NCBI RefSeq assembly: GCF_006345805.1
Contig: NC_043000.1
Span: forward strand, 79,670,001 to 79,734,000
Direction of reading: 5' to 3'
Source of the DNA: Octopus sinensis
Taxonomy: Eukaryota
Length of the DNA stretch: 64,000 bases
In this document: in pieces, positions 12,430-23,462 of the stretch
Position numbering within the stretch: position 1 is the stretch's first letter
Layout of the letters: every line of letters begins with the position of its first letter
Made by a program: the position numbers and the translations under genes
The notes under the pieces: model-generated
Database searches by the model: none
Told to the model about the DNA's origin: nothing
The model's input: only the letters and a program-made list of their open reading frames with translations

Positions 12430-12636
12430 GTGCAAGAAATGAAGTAGTAAAGTAGCCTTCAGTACAACCTGCATAACGCTAGCCTTTCATATTTTGCACT
12501 GTATGGACATTACCTTACATAGGTCGAGACTAGGGGTAGGGATGGTGAGAGCATTTGCAGTCTTCATGGGAAGCAACCCCGGAATGGCAGAGAATAGGAA
12601 CTTCCGGCATGCGTGGTGGGAGTGGGAGGGCGGGTG

Positions 12637-14984
12637 CACCGTAGCTGAGTAAAGAGGTTCTGTTAATCGTATGAGCTAGCAAATGCGTTTGTATGAATCG
12701 GGAGACAATACTAAACGAAAAATTGAAAAATCAGAGTGGCTATGAACCTGTAGACAAGTCTAAACGAAAAAAATGTTTGAGCTAGACAGGGTAATGAGGG
12801 AATACTGAAAGAATGAGGGACAATACAATGAGATGGAAATTGAAGAATAGAGAAAGAATAAGAATAAGTGCAAGAAAGAAGGTAGTCGTAGCGAGGTTGG
12901 ACGATTCACTTAACTTTTAGCCATTCATGATCTGTGCGTATTCTTCTTTAAATATTTTGAAGCGAGTGGGGTTAACGATAAATGCGATCGCTCTTTTATA
13001 TATGGCGATGATGGTTTTGGGAAGGGGGGGGCATAGAGAACCATGGCGATGATGGTTATGGGAAGGGGGGACATAGAGAGAGAGAGAGATAGGGTTAGTT
13101 AGAGAGAGAGGTCAAGGGACATGTGACAATAAGCGGTGTAAGGGAATTTGACTGGGGACGGCATTGTCGATAAATAAACATTAGATAAATAGGTTTGAAA
13201 ATCAGAAAAATCAGAAGGAATATCATTATTGATAGCTAATATAACACCATAGCTGAGTAAAGAGGTTCTGTCAATCGTATGAGCTAGCAAATGGGTTTGT
13301 ATGAATCGGGAGACAATACTAAACGAAAAATTGAAAAATCAGAGTGGCTATGAACCTGTAGACAAGTCTAAACGAAAAAAAAATGTTTGAGCTAGACAGG
13401 GTAATGAGGGAATACTGAAAGAATGAGGGACAATACAATGAGATGGAAATTGAAGAATAGAGAAAGAATAAGAATAAGTGCAAGAAAGAAGGTAGTCGTA
13501 GCGAGGTTGGACGATTCACTTAACTTTTAGCCATTCATGATCTGTGCGTATTCTTCTTTAGATATTTTGAAGCGAGTGGGGTTAACGATAAATGCGATCG
13601 CTCTTTTATATATGGCGATGATGGTTTTGGGAAGGGGGGTGGGCATAGAGAACCATGGCGATGATGGTTATGGGAAGGGGGGACATAGAGAGAGAGAGAG
13701 AGAGATAGGGTTAGTTAGAGAGAGAGGTCAAGGGTCACGTGACAATAAGCGGTGTGAGGGAATTTGACTGGAGACGGCATTGTCGATAAATAAACATTAG
13801 ATAAATAGGTTTGAAAATCAGAAAAATCAGAGGGAATATCATTATTGATAGCTAATATAACACCGTAGCTGAGTAAAGAGGTTCTGTTAATCGTATGAGC
13901 TAGCAAATGCGTTTGTATGAATCGGGAGACAATACTAAACGAAAAATTGAAAAATCAGAGTGGCTATGAACCTGTAGACAAGTCTAAACGAAAAAAAATG
14001 TTTGAGCTAGACAGGGTAATGAGGGAATACTGAAAGAATGAGGGACAATACAATGAGATGGAAATTGAAGAATAGAGAAAGAATAAGAATAAGTGCAAGA
14101 AAGAAGGTAGTCGTAACGAGGTTGGACGATTCACTTAACTTTTAGCCATTCATGATCTGTGCGTATTCTTCTTTAAATATTTTGAAGCGAGTGGGGTTAA
14201 CGATAAATGCGATCGCTCTTTTATATATGGCGATGATGGTTTTGGGAAGGGGGGGGGGCATAGAGAACCATGGCGATGATGGTTATGGGGAGGGGGGACA
14301 TAGAGAGAGAGAGAGAGCTAGGGTTAGTTAGAGAGAGAGGTCAAGGGACACGTGACAATAAGCGGTGTGAGGGAATTTGACTGGGGACGGCATTGTCGAT
14401 AAATAAACATTAGATAAATAGGTTTGAAAATCAGAAAAATCAGAGGGAATATCATTATTGATAGCTAATATAACACCGTAGCTGAGTAAAGAGGTTCTGT
14501 TAATCGTATGAGCTAGCAAATGGGTTTGTATGAATCGGGAGACAATACTAAACGAAAAATTGAAAAATCAGAGTGGCTATGAACCTGTAGACAAGTCTAA
14601 ACGAAAAAAAATGTTTGAGCTAGACAGGGTAATGAGGGAATACTGAAAGAATGAGGGACAATACAATGAGATGGAAATTGAAGAATAGAGAAAGAATAAG
14701 AATAAGTGCAAGAAAGAAGGTAGTCGTAGCGAGGTTGGACGATTCACTTAACTTTTAGCCATTCATGATCTGTGCGTATTCTTCTTTAGATATTTTGAAG
14801 CGAGTGGGGTTAACGATAAATGCGATCGCTCTTTTATATATGGCGATGATGGTTTTGGGAAGGGGGGGGGGGCATAGAGAACCATGGCGATGATGGTTAT
14901 GGGGAGGGGGGATATAGAGAGAGAGAGAGAGATAGGGTTAGTTAGAGGGAGAGGTCAAGGGACACGTGACAATAAGCGGTGTGA
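12637..14984. repeat. Tandem array of about 612-bp monomers, about 3.8 copies, forming the 5-prime region of E1
   Basis: Unit starts (caccgtagctgagt) at 12637, 13245, 13861, 14474; near-identical, differing mainly in G-run and (GA)n lengths. Confidence 0.97.
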
Positions 14985-15807
14985 TATACATACACACACA
15001 CACACATAAGCCTTGTGAGTGGATTTGGTAGATGGAAACTGAAAGAAGCCTGTCGTATGTGCGTGCGTGTGCATGCACATGTGTCTTTGTTTGTGTCCCT
15101 GTAACTTAGCGGTTTGGCAAAAGCAACCAATAAAATAAGCTTGGTAGCTTTAAAAAATAAGTACTGGGGTCAATTCCTTTGACTACAAATTCAAGGCAGT
15201 GCTGCAGCATGGCTACAATCTAATGACTGAAATAAGTAAGAGATTATATATATATATATATATATTATGGTATTTACAGAGGTCACAGGTAGTTTGAAGT
15301 GGTAAAAGACAATTCAGTAGAAGAAAATGTGTGTGTATGTGGGCATGGCTGTGTGGTTAACATATTTGCCTTGCAACCATGTGGCTCTGGGTTCTATCTC
15401 ATGATACAGCCCCTTGGCCAAGTGTATTTTGTTGAACAATATGCACATCAGTAGAAAAACTATCAACAAACCAGCACATCAGACAGGCACTCCCTCATCA
15501 CTCACACAGTTTAGTGTCATAGAAATCTATAACTAATAATATAACATGTGTATATGAATGTGAGTATGAACAACTTTATAAGTGTACATGTTTCAAGGCT
15601 TGTGATGCAAGAGGCTTGGTTTACAATAACATTTGATTGTTCATGATATCTATACTGCAGGCAAATATTTCATGTGCTCTTTCTGTCATGCAAACGCACA
15701 TACAAAAATAGCCACACACACATACATAAACATGAATGTTCGCAAATACACACACATGTATTGAAGACAAATAAGGAAAAGCTCAAAGATTGTTGCTAGA
15801 TTTTTAC

Positions 15808-15908
15808 CTCTTCAACCCAAACTCCAGAATCTTTATCAACAGACCAAAGTATCATGGTTTTATCCATAGAAGCAGTAAGAAGTCGCAGAGGTTGATGCCA
15901 ACCATTTT
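15808..15908 (-). CDS. ELP2: ELP2 exon 10 ([34 protein letters not shown])
   Basis: Acceptor tttccag, donor gtaaaa; [10 protein letters not shown] and SGVW motifs; ends phase 0 (cumulative 353 codons). Confidence 0.96.
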
Positions 15909-16269
15909 CTGGAAAATTACAATAAAATATTACAATGCTACAGTAATAATGTTTTTTTTTTTTCTAAAAAACAAAACAACTATGCTCATTTCATAGAATT
16001 GTGTCCCTTCCATAGAACTATCCCCATTTCTAATAACATCTGACCCTGTTTTCGTGACCTGTCTGATCCCCAAACTGTTTTCTTTTCTTGGACAGAGCCA
16101 ATTTCTCCAAATTATCTACATTTCCATGTTTTTTTTTTTACCAAAGAACTGTCTCCACACCCCAAAGTTTCCTCCAGTACCAACTGTTCTTCTAGACCAA
16201 CACTGACTTCAAGACTGTTTTTTGAAATATAAACGAAATATTCAAACTGTCATAAATTGATGCATCATC

Positions 16270-16460
16270 ATTTCATCATCATCATCATTGTTTAGCGTCT
16301 GTTTTCCATGCTAGTGGTTGGCGTTAGGAAGGGCATCCAGCTGTAGAAACACTGCCAGATCCGATTGGGGCCTGGTGCAGCCTCCTGGCTTTCCAGACCC
16401 TAGTCGAACCGTCCAAGCCATGCCAGCAAGGAAAACAGCAGTTAAACGATGATGATGATG
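16270..16460 (+). mobile_element. Isolated RTE-family 3-prime tail; similar tails at about 5830-5950, 17960-18150, 27330-27520, 33620-33825, 42680-42843, 53900-54070
   Basis: Shared motif gtggttggcgttaggaagggcatccagctgtagaaac...ccatgc.agcatggaa..(gat)n identical in layout to the E1/E2 3-prime ends. Confidence 0.85.
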
Positions 16461-17233
16461 ATATATGTGTCCATAAAAACCAACAAAACAATGTAAATAT
16501 CTCAAAATAATCTAATGCAGGAAAGGATGCTACTTTGATGTAGTTAACATTCCCTATGTACTCAGGCAGTACCTGTTCCTACCTTATCACAGTGAAGTAT
16601 GTACTGTGTCAAGGCAAAGTATAGTGGATGACCCAGAAATATATCACACCTACAGCAGATTAGAAACCATCGTATTTTCTTTTAAAGTTTAGTCAGGAGA
16701 TGTAGGAGTGGTTGGAGCAGAATCCATCATGTTTATAGTTACTTCTCCCACTCAAGTGAAATTAAAATGACTGCTGTTCAGTGTGAATCTCTGTAAGTAA
16801 AGTCTGGGTAAGAAGGGTATTCCAGTGATATTATATTCCAGGGAGAAAAGATTAGGTAGTGATTATTTTAGGGCCTGAGCAACAAAAATACTGTTTTAAC
16901 AATGACCTTCATCACCTTAGTGACCACCAGGAGGGCTTCTGTAGATACAGCTTTACTGGAGATTGTGAGAAATTAAGTGCAAACAATATCTTCTTTGAAT
17001 TAGCAAATACCTTTGAGTGTGTCCACTAGGAGAATCTCATGGGGAACCAGATTGCCCTTGGGTTTCATCTGTTTCTAGTTTCTTGGACTGGAATTTTCCT
17101 GTCAGACTGTACCATCACTGATATGTGTCTCTTTCTGAGCTACAGCAGTCATAAACCCTAGTTCATAAGTAGTCAAATAAACACCCTATCTATCTGGTCA
17201 TGCTGTCTACACAGTGTGTGTGTGTGTGTGTGT

Positions 17234-17278
<45 letters not shown>

Positions 17279-17281
17279 TAC

Positions 17282-17377
17282 CTTTTTCAATGGGGGGATG
17301 CCATCTAACACTGTAAATCCATCCATCATGACCCAGCAAAACTGATTCCAATGTAATTGCAAAGCAGAGACTAGAGC
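17282..17377 (-). CDS. ELP2: ELP2 exon 9 (GSSLCFAITLESVLLGHDGWIYSVRWHPPIEK)
   Basis: Acceptor ttcatag, donor gtatat; LESVL.GH.GW motif; phase 1-1. Confidence 0.95.
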
Positions 17378-18257
17378 CTATGAACCAGAAAGAAGAGAAG
17401 TAGACATATTCATCAAAACAACATACAATTAAATTACAAAAAGGAAAAGTTTTTTTTTTTCAATGAAACAGTTGACTCCAGTCACAGTTGCTTCATATTG
17501 AATAAAGAATAATAAAATTTTGTTGACTTCATAATCAGTGTATGAAAATCTGACTTGAAATAGTAAGACATAGTAAAGACAGGAATCGTGAAGAATGTAG
17601 TACAAGCAACTACAAAGACCCAGCCTTCAGTGAAACAACAGAGTAAATAATGCAGGTACCTTACCAATTTTTCAACAGCTCTTTTAATCCAGACATAATT
17701 TACATGAAGAGAACAACCATAATGGTTGCAGGAAATTTCAATTTTTACAGTACCAAGCCTTCATTTGTTTATTGAGTAGTAATACTTGATGAAGGTAGAA
17801 ACACTCTTCCTACACCTAACTGTGATAATATGAAAGTGAAAATGTTTAAAATAAATCTAACAACATGTGTTTACCCACTAAGAACTTTTTCTCAGTTAAA
17901 AGAAAACGAACTTGGCTGCAGAGATTACAGTGATCCTGCATAAAAGAGGAAAAGTAGTGCCATGTGAAAAGCACTGGTGCTGGTGCTACATAAAAAGCAC
18001 CCAGTACACTCTGTAAAGTGGTTGGCATTATGAAGGACATCCAGCTGTAGAAACTATGCCAGAACAGACAATGCGGCACCCAGCCTTATCAGTTCCAGTC
18101 ACACCATCTAAACCATGCCAGCATGGAAAAGGAGCATTAAAGGATGATAATGATGTCCTTCACAATAACATTTCAGAAGGAGGTCCAGTGGGGGAAGAGT
18201 GGTTAGGTTTGTGCATAACATTGGATTTTGTTTTCAATAATTACACTTTCATATTAT

Positions 18258-19103
18258 CCTCTGTTATCACTATGTCTCTCTCTCTCTCTCTCTCTGTATA
18301 TATCTCACTTTCCCCCGATTCCACAGGCCTAGCCAATATGCTCTGCTTCCTACTCACCCCCTCCCCTATAAAACCCAATGCATGGCTTGACCCTTCTTCC
18401 TATTCTTTCTTCCCTGGCTGCAACACACGAAACACAAACCTCAGGATGAAAAATAGCAGCTAAGATATTTTAAAGTTTTTGACTTGCTCCTCCATTCATT
18501 GTTTTTTTGCGAGTATTATCACCATAAAACCTATTCTTTTCCCCTTTCTTATTATCGTTGTCTTTCGTCTCAAATGCTAGGTCAAGCATTTCTCCACAAC
18601 ATAGAACTTTCACTCATAGAAACTTATTCACACGACCACAAAGCATTTCATCTCAAATCTTGTCTTTCTGCCTCATCTACCGGTCTTTCTATAGCTTAAA
18701 TTCCTACCCCATCGTTCCCAATGTGCAGTGTCGTTTTCTCCCTCTGTTATCACTATGTCTCTCTCTCTCTCTCTGTATATATCTCACTTTCTCTTGATTC
18801 CACAGGCCTAGCCAATATGCCCTGCTTCCTACTCACCCCCTCCCCTATAAAACCCAATGCATGGCTTGACCCTTCTTCCTATTCTTTCTTCCCTGGCTGT
18901 AACACACAAAACACGAACCTCAGGATGAAAAATAGCAGCTAAGATATTTTTAAGTTTTCGACTTGCTCCTCCATTCATTGTTTTTTTGCGAGTATTATCA
19001 CCATAAAACCTATTCTTTTCCCCTTTCTTATTATCGTTGTCTTTCTGCCTCATCTACCGGTCTTTCTATAGCTTAAATTCCTACCCTATCATTCCCAATG
19101 TGC
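18258..19103. repeat. Two tandem monomers (period 483 bp) forming the 5-prime region of E2
   Basis: cctctgttatcac starts at 18258 and 18741; the second copy lacks 102 bp between two ttgtctttc microhomologies. Confidence 0.95.
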
Positions 19104-22100
19104 GGTGGCGCCCCCCCCCCCCCGCCCCCTCCACCTGTACCGGAAGTCCTTATCTCATCTCATCTTGTCTTTATTTGCTTTTCTTCCATGAACACCTAAA
19201 GGCCTTAAGCCAATACCACCCCTACTATATAAGGTAGTGACCATACGGCGCAAAACATGATAGTGTAGTGTAGCAGGTTGAACTTAAGATCATTTCTTTG
19301 CTTATGAATTCTGCCAAATGCGAGCTTTCTTTTCAGGTACATGACACCACTGCTCCCCGTCCCTGGGCCTCTAGGGCCCATACCTTCCACACCCTCAGTG
19401 TTGGCACTCTCAACGTAGGCACACTGAAAAGTAGGTCTGGTGAGATTGTTGAGATGCTTGAACGGAGACGAGTTGATATCTGTTGCATTCAAGAAGTAAG
19501 GTGGAGAGGCGGTTCTGCTAGGTTCCTCACAGGCAAAGGATATAGGTACAAGATTTTCTGGGCAGGAAACACTGACGGGGTTGGAGGCGTGGGTATACTT
19601 CTCGCTGAAAAACTGGTAGATAAGGTACTTCAGGTAATCAGAGTAAGTGACAGAATACTTAAGATTAGAATAGTGCTTCATCATAGATTAGCAACCATTA
19701 TATCGGCCTATGCCCCTCAGCCAGGGCTACCCGATGGACAGAAAGACAGTTTCTATGACACCCTACTGCAGACCACCTCATTGACGAATGACAGGGACCT
19801 TCTCTTTGTGGCCTGTGACTTCAATGGGCATGTTGGACGACATGCTGGGGGCTTCCAAGGCGTACATGGAGGCTACGGTTATGGTTCCTGCAACGAGGAG
19901 GGAATCAGGCTGCTGGAGTTCTGCAATGCGAATAGTCTTATGGTTTGCAACACTAACTTCAGGAAACCGAGAAGCCACCTGGTCACCTACCGATCGGGCC
20001 GGCATACAAGCCAAATCGACTACCTCCTTGCCAGAAAAATGGAAAGATGGCTGCTTATAAATGCCAAAACCTTCCCAGGCAAAGAATGCACCCCACAACA
20101 TAGACTGGTAGTTAGTGACTTTAGGATCAGGACTAAGAGGACGACTAGAAGATGACCAACATGGAGAAGAAGGGTCTGGAAGCTTAAAGACCCTGCAAAT
20201 GGACAGAGATTTAGAGATATGTTACTTGAAGCCTTTGACGAAATAGAAGGAGGTATAGCTACACATGGGGTAGAAAACAAATGGACGCTTCTGAGGGACA
20301 ACCTGCTGAAAGCCACTGACCAGATCTGTGGCTGGTGCAAAGTCCCCTCAAGACCCAAAATAACGTGGTGGTGGAACAATATTGTTGACAGGGTTATTAG
20401 ACAAAAGAAACAGGCTTGGAAGGACTGGAAGAACGGCGGTAGCAGGGAAGTGTATCAGACTGCCAGAAGGGAAGCTAGGAGGCAGGTGTATTTAGCCAGA
20501 GGGGAAGCAGATAAGAAAAAATTTGCCAATGTTCTGCGCCGTGAGGATGAAAGACTTGAGGTATTTCGTGTTGCAAGACAGTGTGTGAGAGAGAATCGTA
20601 ACATGGTAGGAGAGAAATGTGTTCGCAAGGATGACGGTTCACTTGCGCTAAATGAGGATAGGAGAGAAATGTGTTCGCAAGGATGATGGTTCACTTGTGC
20701 TAAATGAGGATACAAAGAGAGAGGTTTGGAGACGCCACTATGAAAGGTTGCTGAATGAGGAAAATGAATGAGATTAAGAGAGTCTGCCGAATGTCAACCC
20801 AACAGAGGGACCAGCAATCCGAGTTGACAGTTCCTTAGTAGTTAAGGCAATTACAAGCATGAAAACAGGGAAAGCCCCAGGCCCATCAGGAATTACTGTA
20901 GAGATGCTCAAAATATCTGGTAGTGTCGGCTATAGCCTAGTCACCCGTATAGTTAACCAGGTGATACGCAAAGGAGTCATACCCAATGACTGGTGTAGCA
21001 GCATAATAGTCAACTGCTACAAAGGTAAAGGTGACGCCCTAGATACAAATAACTACAGGGGTATCAAGCTGCTGGATCAGGTAATGAAGGTTATGGAGAG
21101 GGTTATAGCCCAACTAATTAGAGAGAGAGTTAGCTTAGATCAGATGCAGTTTGGTTTCGTGCCAGGGAAAAGTACTACTGATGCTATATTCCTGGTAAGA
21201 CAGCTGCAGGAGAAATACCTAGCCAAAGATAAGCACCTGCACTTGGCTTTTGTTGACATGGAGAAAGCTTTCGACAGGGTCCCCCGATCCCTTATCTGGT
21301 GGTCAATGAGGAAACTAGGGATAGATGAATGGTTAGTGAGAGCTGTGTGAGCCATGTATAGAGACGCTGCTAGTAAGGTGAGGGTTGGCAACGAGTACAG
21401 TGAAGAATTCCGGGTAGAGGTTGGGGTCCACCAAGGTTCAGTCCTCAGTCCCCTCCTATTTATCATAGTCCTCCAGGCAATAACGGAGGAATTTAAGACA
21501 GGATGCTCCTGGGAGCTCCTCTATGCTGATGACCTTGCTCTAATTGCTGAGTCACTATCAGAACTGGAGGAGAAGTTTCAGGTGTGGAAGCAAGGATTAG
21601 AATCGAAGGGCCTTAGAATCAACCTAGCCAAAACCAAAGTCCTAATAAGTAGGAAGGTAGACCAATCACAAACGACTTCAGGTAGATGGCCCTGCTCGAT
21701 CTGTAAAAAAGGTGTAGGTAGAAACTCTATAAGGTGCACCAAGTGTAAGCTATGGACACATAAGGGGTGCAGCAATGTCAAAGGAAGGCTAACTAGGAAA
21801 ATAGTTTTTGTCTGTGGCAGATGCTCAGGAGCAATAAACACTGGAAATGTGCAGAGACCAACTTCCACCACGTTCCAGGGAGACAAACTAGAAGTAGTTG
21901 ATAGCTTCCGTTACCTAGGTGACCAAGTCAGTAGCGGGAGTAGGTGTGCTGAAAGTGTAACTGCTAGAGTAAGAATAGCCTGGGCAAAGTTTAGAGAGCT
22001 CTTACCCCTGCTGGTGACAAAAGGCTCTCGCTCACAGTAAAAGGCAGACTGTATGATGCATGTGTACGTACAGCCATGCTACATGGTAGTGAAACTTGGG

Positions 22101-23074
22101 CCGTGACTGCTGAGAATATGCGTAAGCTTGCAAGAAATGAAGCCAGTATGCTCCGATGGATGTGTAATGTCAGTGTTCATAATCGACAAAGTGTAAGTAC
22201 CTTGAGAGAAAAGTTGGACCTAAGAAGCATCAGTTGTGGTGTGCAAGAGAGATGTTTGTGCTGGTATGGTCATGTGACGAGAATGGCTGAAGATAGTCAT
22301 GTGCAAAAGTGCCATACCCTAGCAGTTGAGGGAACCTGTGGAAGAGGTAGACCCAGGAAAACCTGGGACGAGGTGGTAAAGCACGACCTTCGCACTTTAG
22401 GTCTCACCAAGGAAATGACTAGAGACCGAGACCTATGGAAGTATGCTGTGCGTGAGAAGACCCGGCAAGACTAGTGAGACCATAACCTGTGGCCTCTACC
22501 TGGTATGTAGCCATTCAACTTATACATACCTTTCCTTCTTGGGACACAAAACTCCACTTGTGAAGACCCGTTGAGGCAAGTGAAAATCAAAATCAAAATC
22601 AAAATCAAATCAAACCAAATCAAATCAGATATCAGAAAGCAGAACCAAAATCGAAGTCGATCAACATCAATGGAAATTGCGGCTGTGATACCAGTGCCGG
22701 TGACAAGTAAGTGAACCATCCGATCGTGGCCGTTGCCAGCGCAGCCCCGACTGGCCTCCGTGCCGGTGACATGTAAAAAGCACCATCCGTTCGTGGCCTT
22801 TGCCAGCCTCGCCTGGCCCCCGTGCCGGTGGCACGTAAAAGCACCATCCATTCGTGGCCGTTTGCCAGTTCCGTCTGGCTCCTGTGCTGGTGGCACGTAA
22901 AAAGCACCCACTACACTCGCGGAGTGGTTGGCGTTAGGAAGGGCATCCAGCCATAGAAACACTGCCAGACCAGACTGGGCCTGATACAGCCTTCTGGCTT
23001 CACAGACCCCAGTTGAACCGTCCAACCCATGCTAGCATGGAAAACGGACGCTAAATGATGATGATGATGATGAT
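18258..23074 (+). mobile_element. Near full-length decayed RTE LINE (copy E2), antisense in ELP2 intron 8
   Basis: ORF pieces 19298-20155, 20219-20686, 20859-21350, 21354-22040, 22076-22474 match the E1 protein closely. There are in-frame stops, a 52-bp tandem duplication (20607-20712), a frameshift near 22035 and a (GAT)n tail to 23074. Confidence 0.93.
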
Positions 23075-23077
23075 ATA

Positions 23078-23462
23078 CTAGCAGTATCGCCCGGCGTTGC
23101 TCGGGTTTGTAAGGGAAATAACTATATAAGCATTTTTAGAGATGTAAAGTATAACAGCCATCTCAATATGGCTAACCACAAAGGAGGGGGTGTTACTGTA
23201 GCTTTTTACGTTTTGAGATTTAATAATAAATTTTTAGAGAGTTACTTCCCTTATATATGCCAAAAATGCATTAAAAATGGGAAAAATTGATGGTAAATTT
23301 TTTTTAAATCGTAGACGCGCGCTAATACCCAGAAGGGCTTGATATGAATCACGACTATAAGATACCCGGTTTTGGTTAAACTGCACCGCAAAATGTGGGA
23401 GTAGTTAGGAATCTAAATCGTAGGAGACAGACAGCACACAACCTTACTTTTATATAGAAAGA
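23078..23462 (-). mobile_element. Non-autonomous Helitron (Lep1/DINE-like)
   Basis: On the minus strand: A|TC...TATATAAAA start, GTCT microsatellite, subterminal CCCG-8nt-CGGG hairpin, CTAG|T end. Confidence 0.85.

Larger units (their letters stand above)
8708..14984 (-). mobile_element. Apparently full-length RTE-clade LINE (copy E1), sense in ELP2 intron 10
   Basis: 5-prime tandem array (12637-14984), uninterrupted ORF, about 600-bp 3-prime UTR with hairpin repeats and a (GAT)n tail at 8708-8725 abutting a (TA)n tract. Confidence 0.92.

Noticed and set aside
9914-12447. Plus-strand ORFs overlapping E1 (and minus-strand ORFs over E2)
   Set aside because: Antisense shadows of the RTE coding sequence with no independent motifs.
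13741-13784. Possible HDV-like self-cleaving ribozyme in the E1 monomer (GACAATG/TATTGTC pairing; such ribozymes occur at some RTE 5-prime ends)
   Set aside because: Only a P1-like helix is visible; I found no P3/L3, P1.1 GG or J4/2 elements. A covariance-model search would be needed to exclude it fully.
12637-14984. Tandem array as CRISPR-like or satellite DNA
   Set aside because: There are no unique spacers, the context is eukaryotic, and the array is contiguous with a LINE leader.
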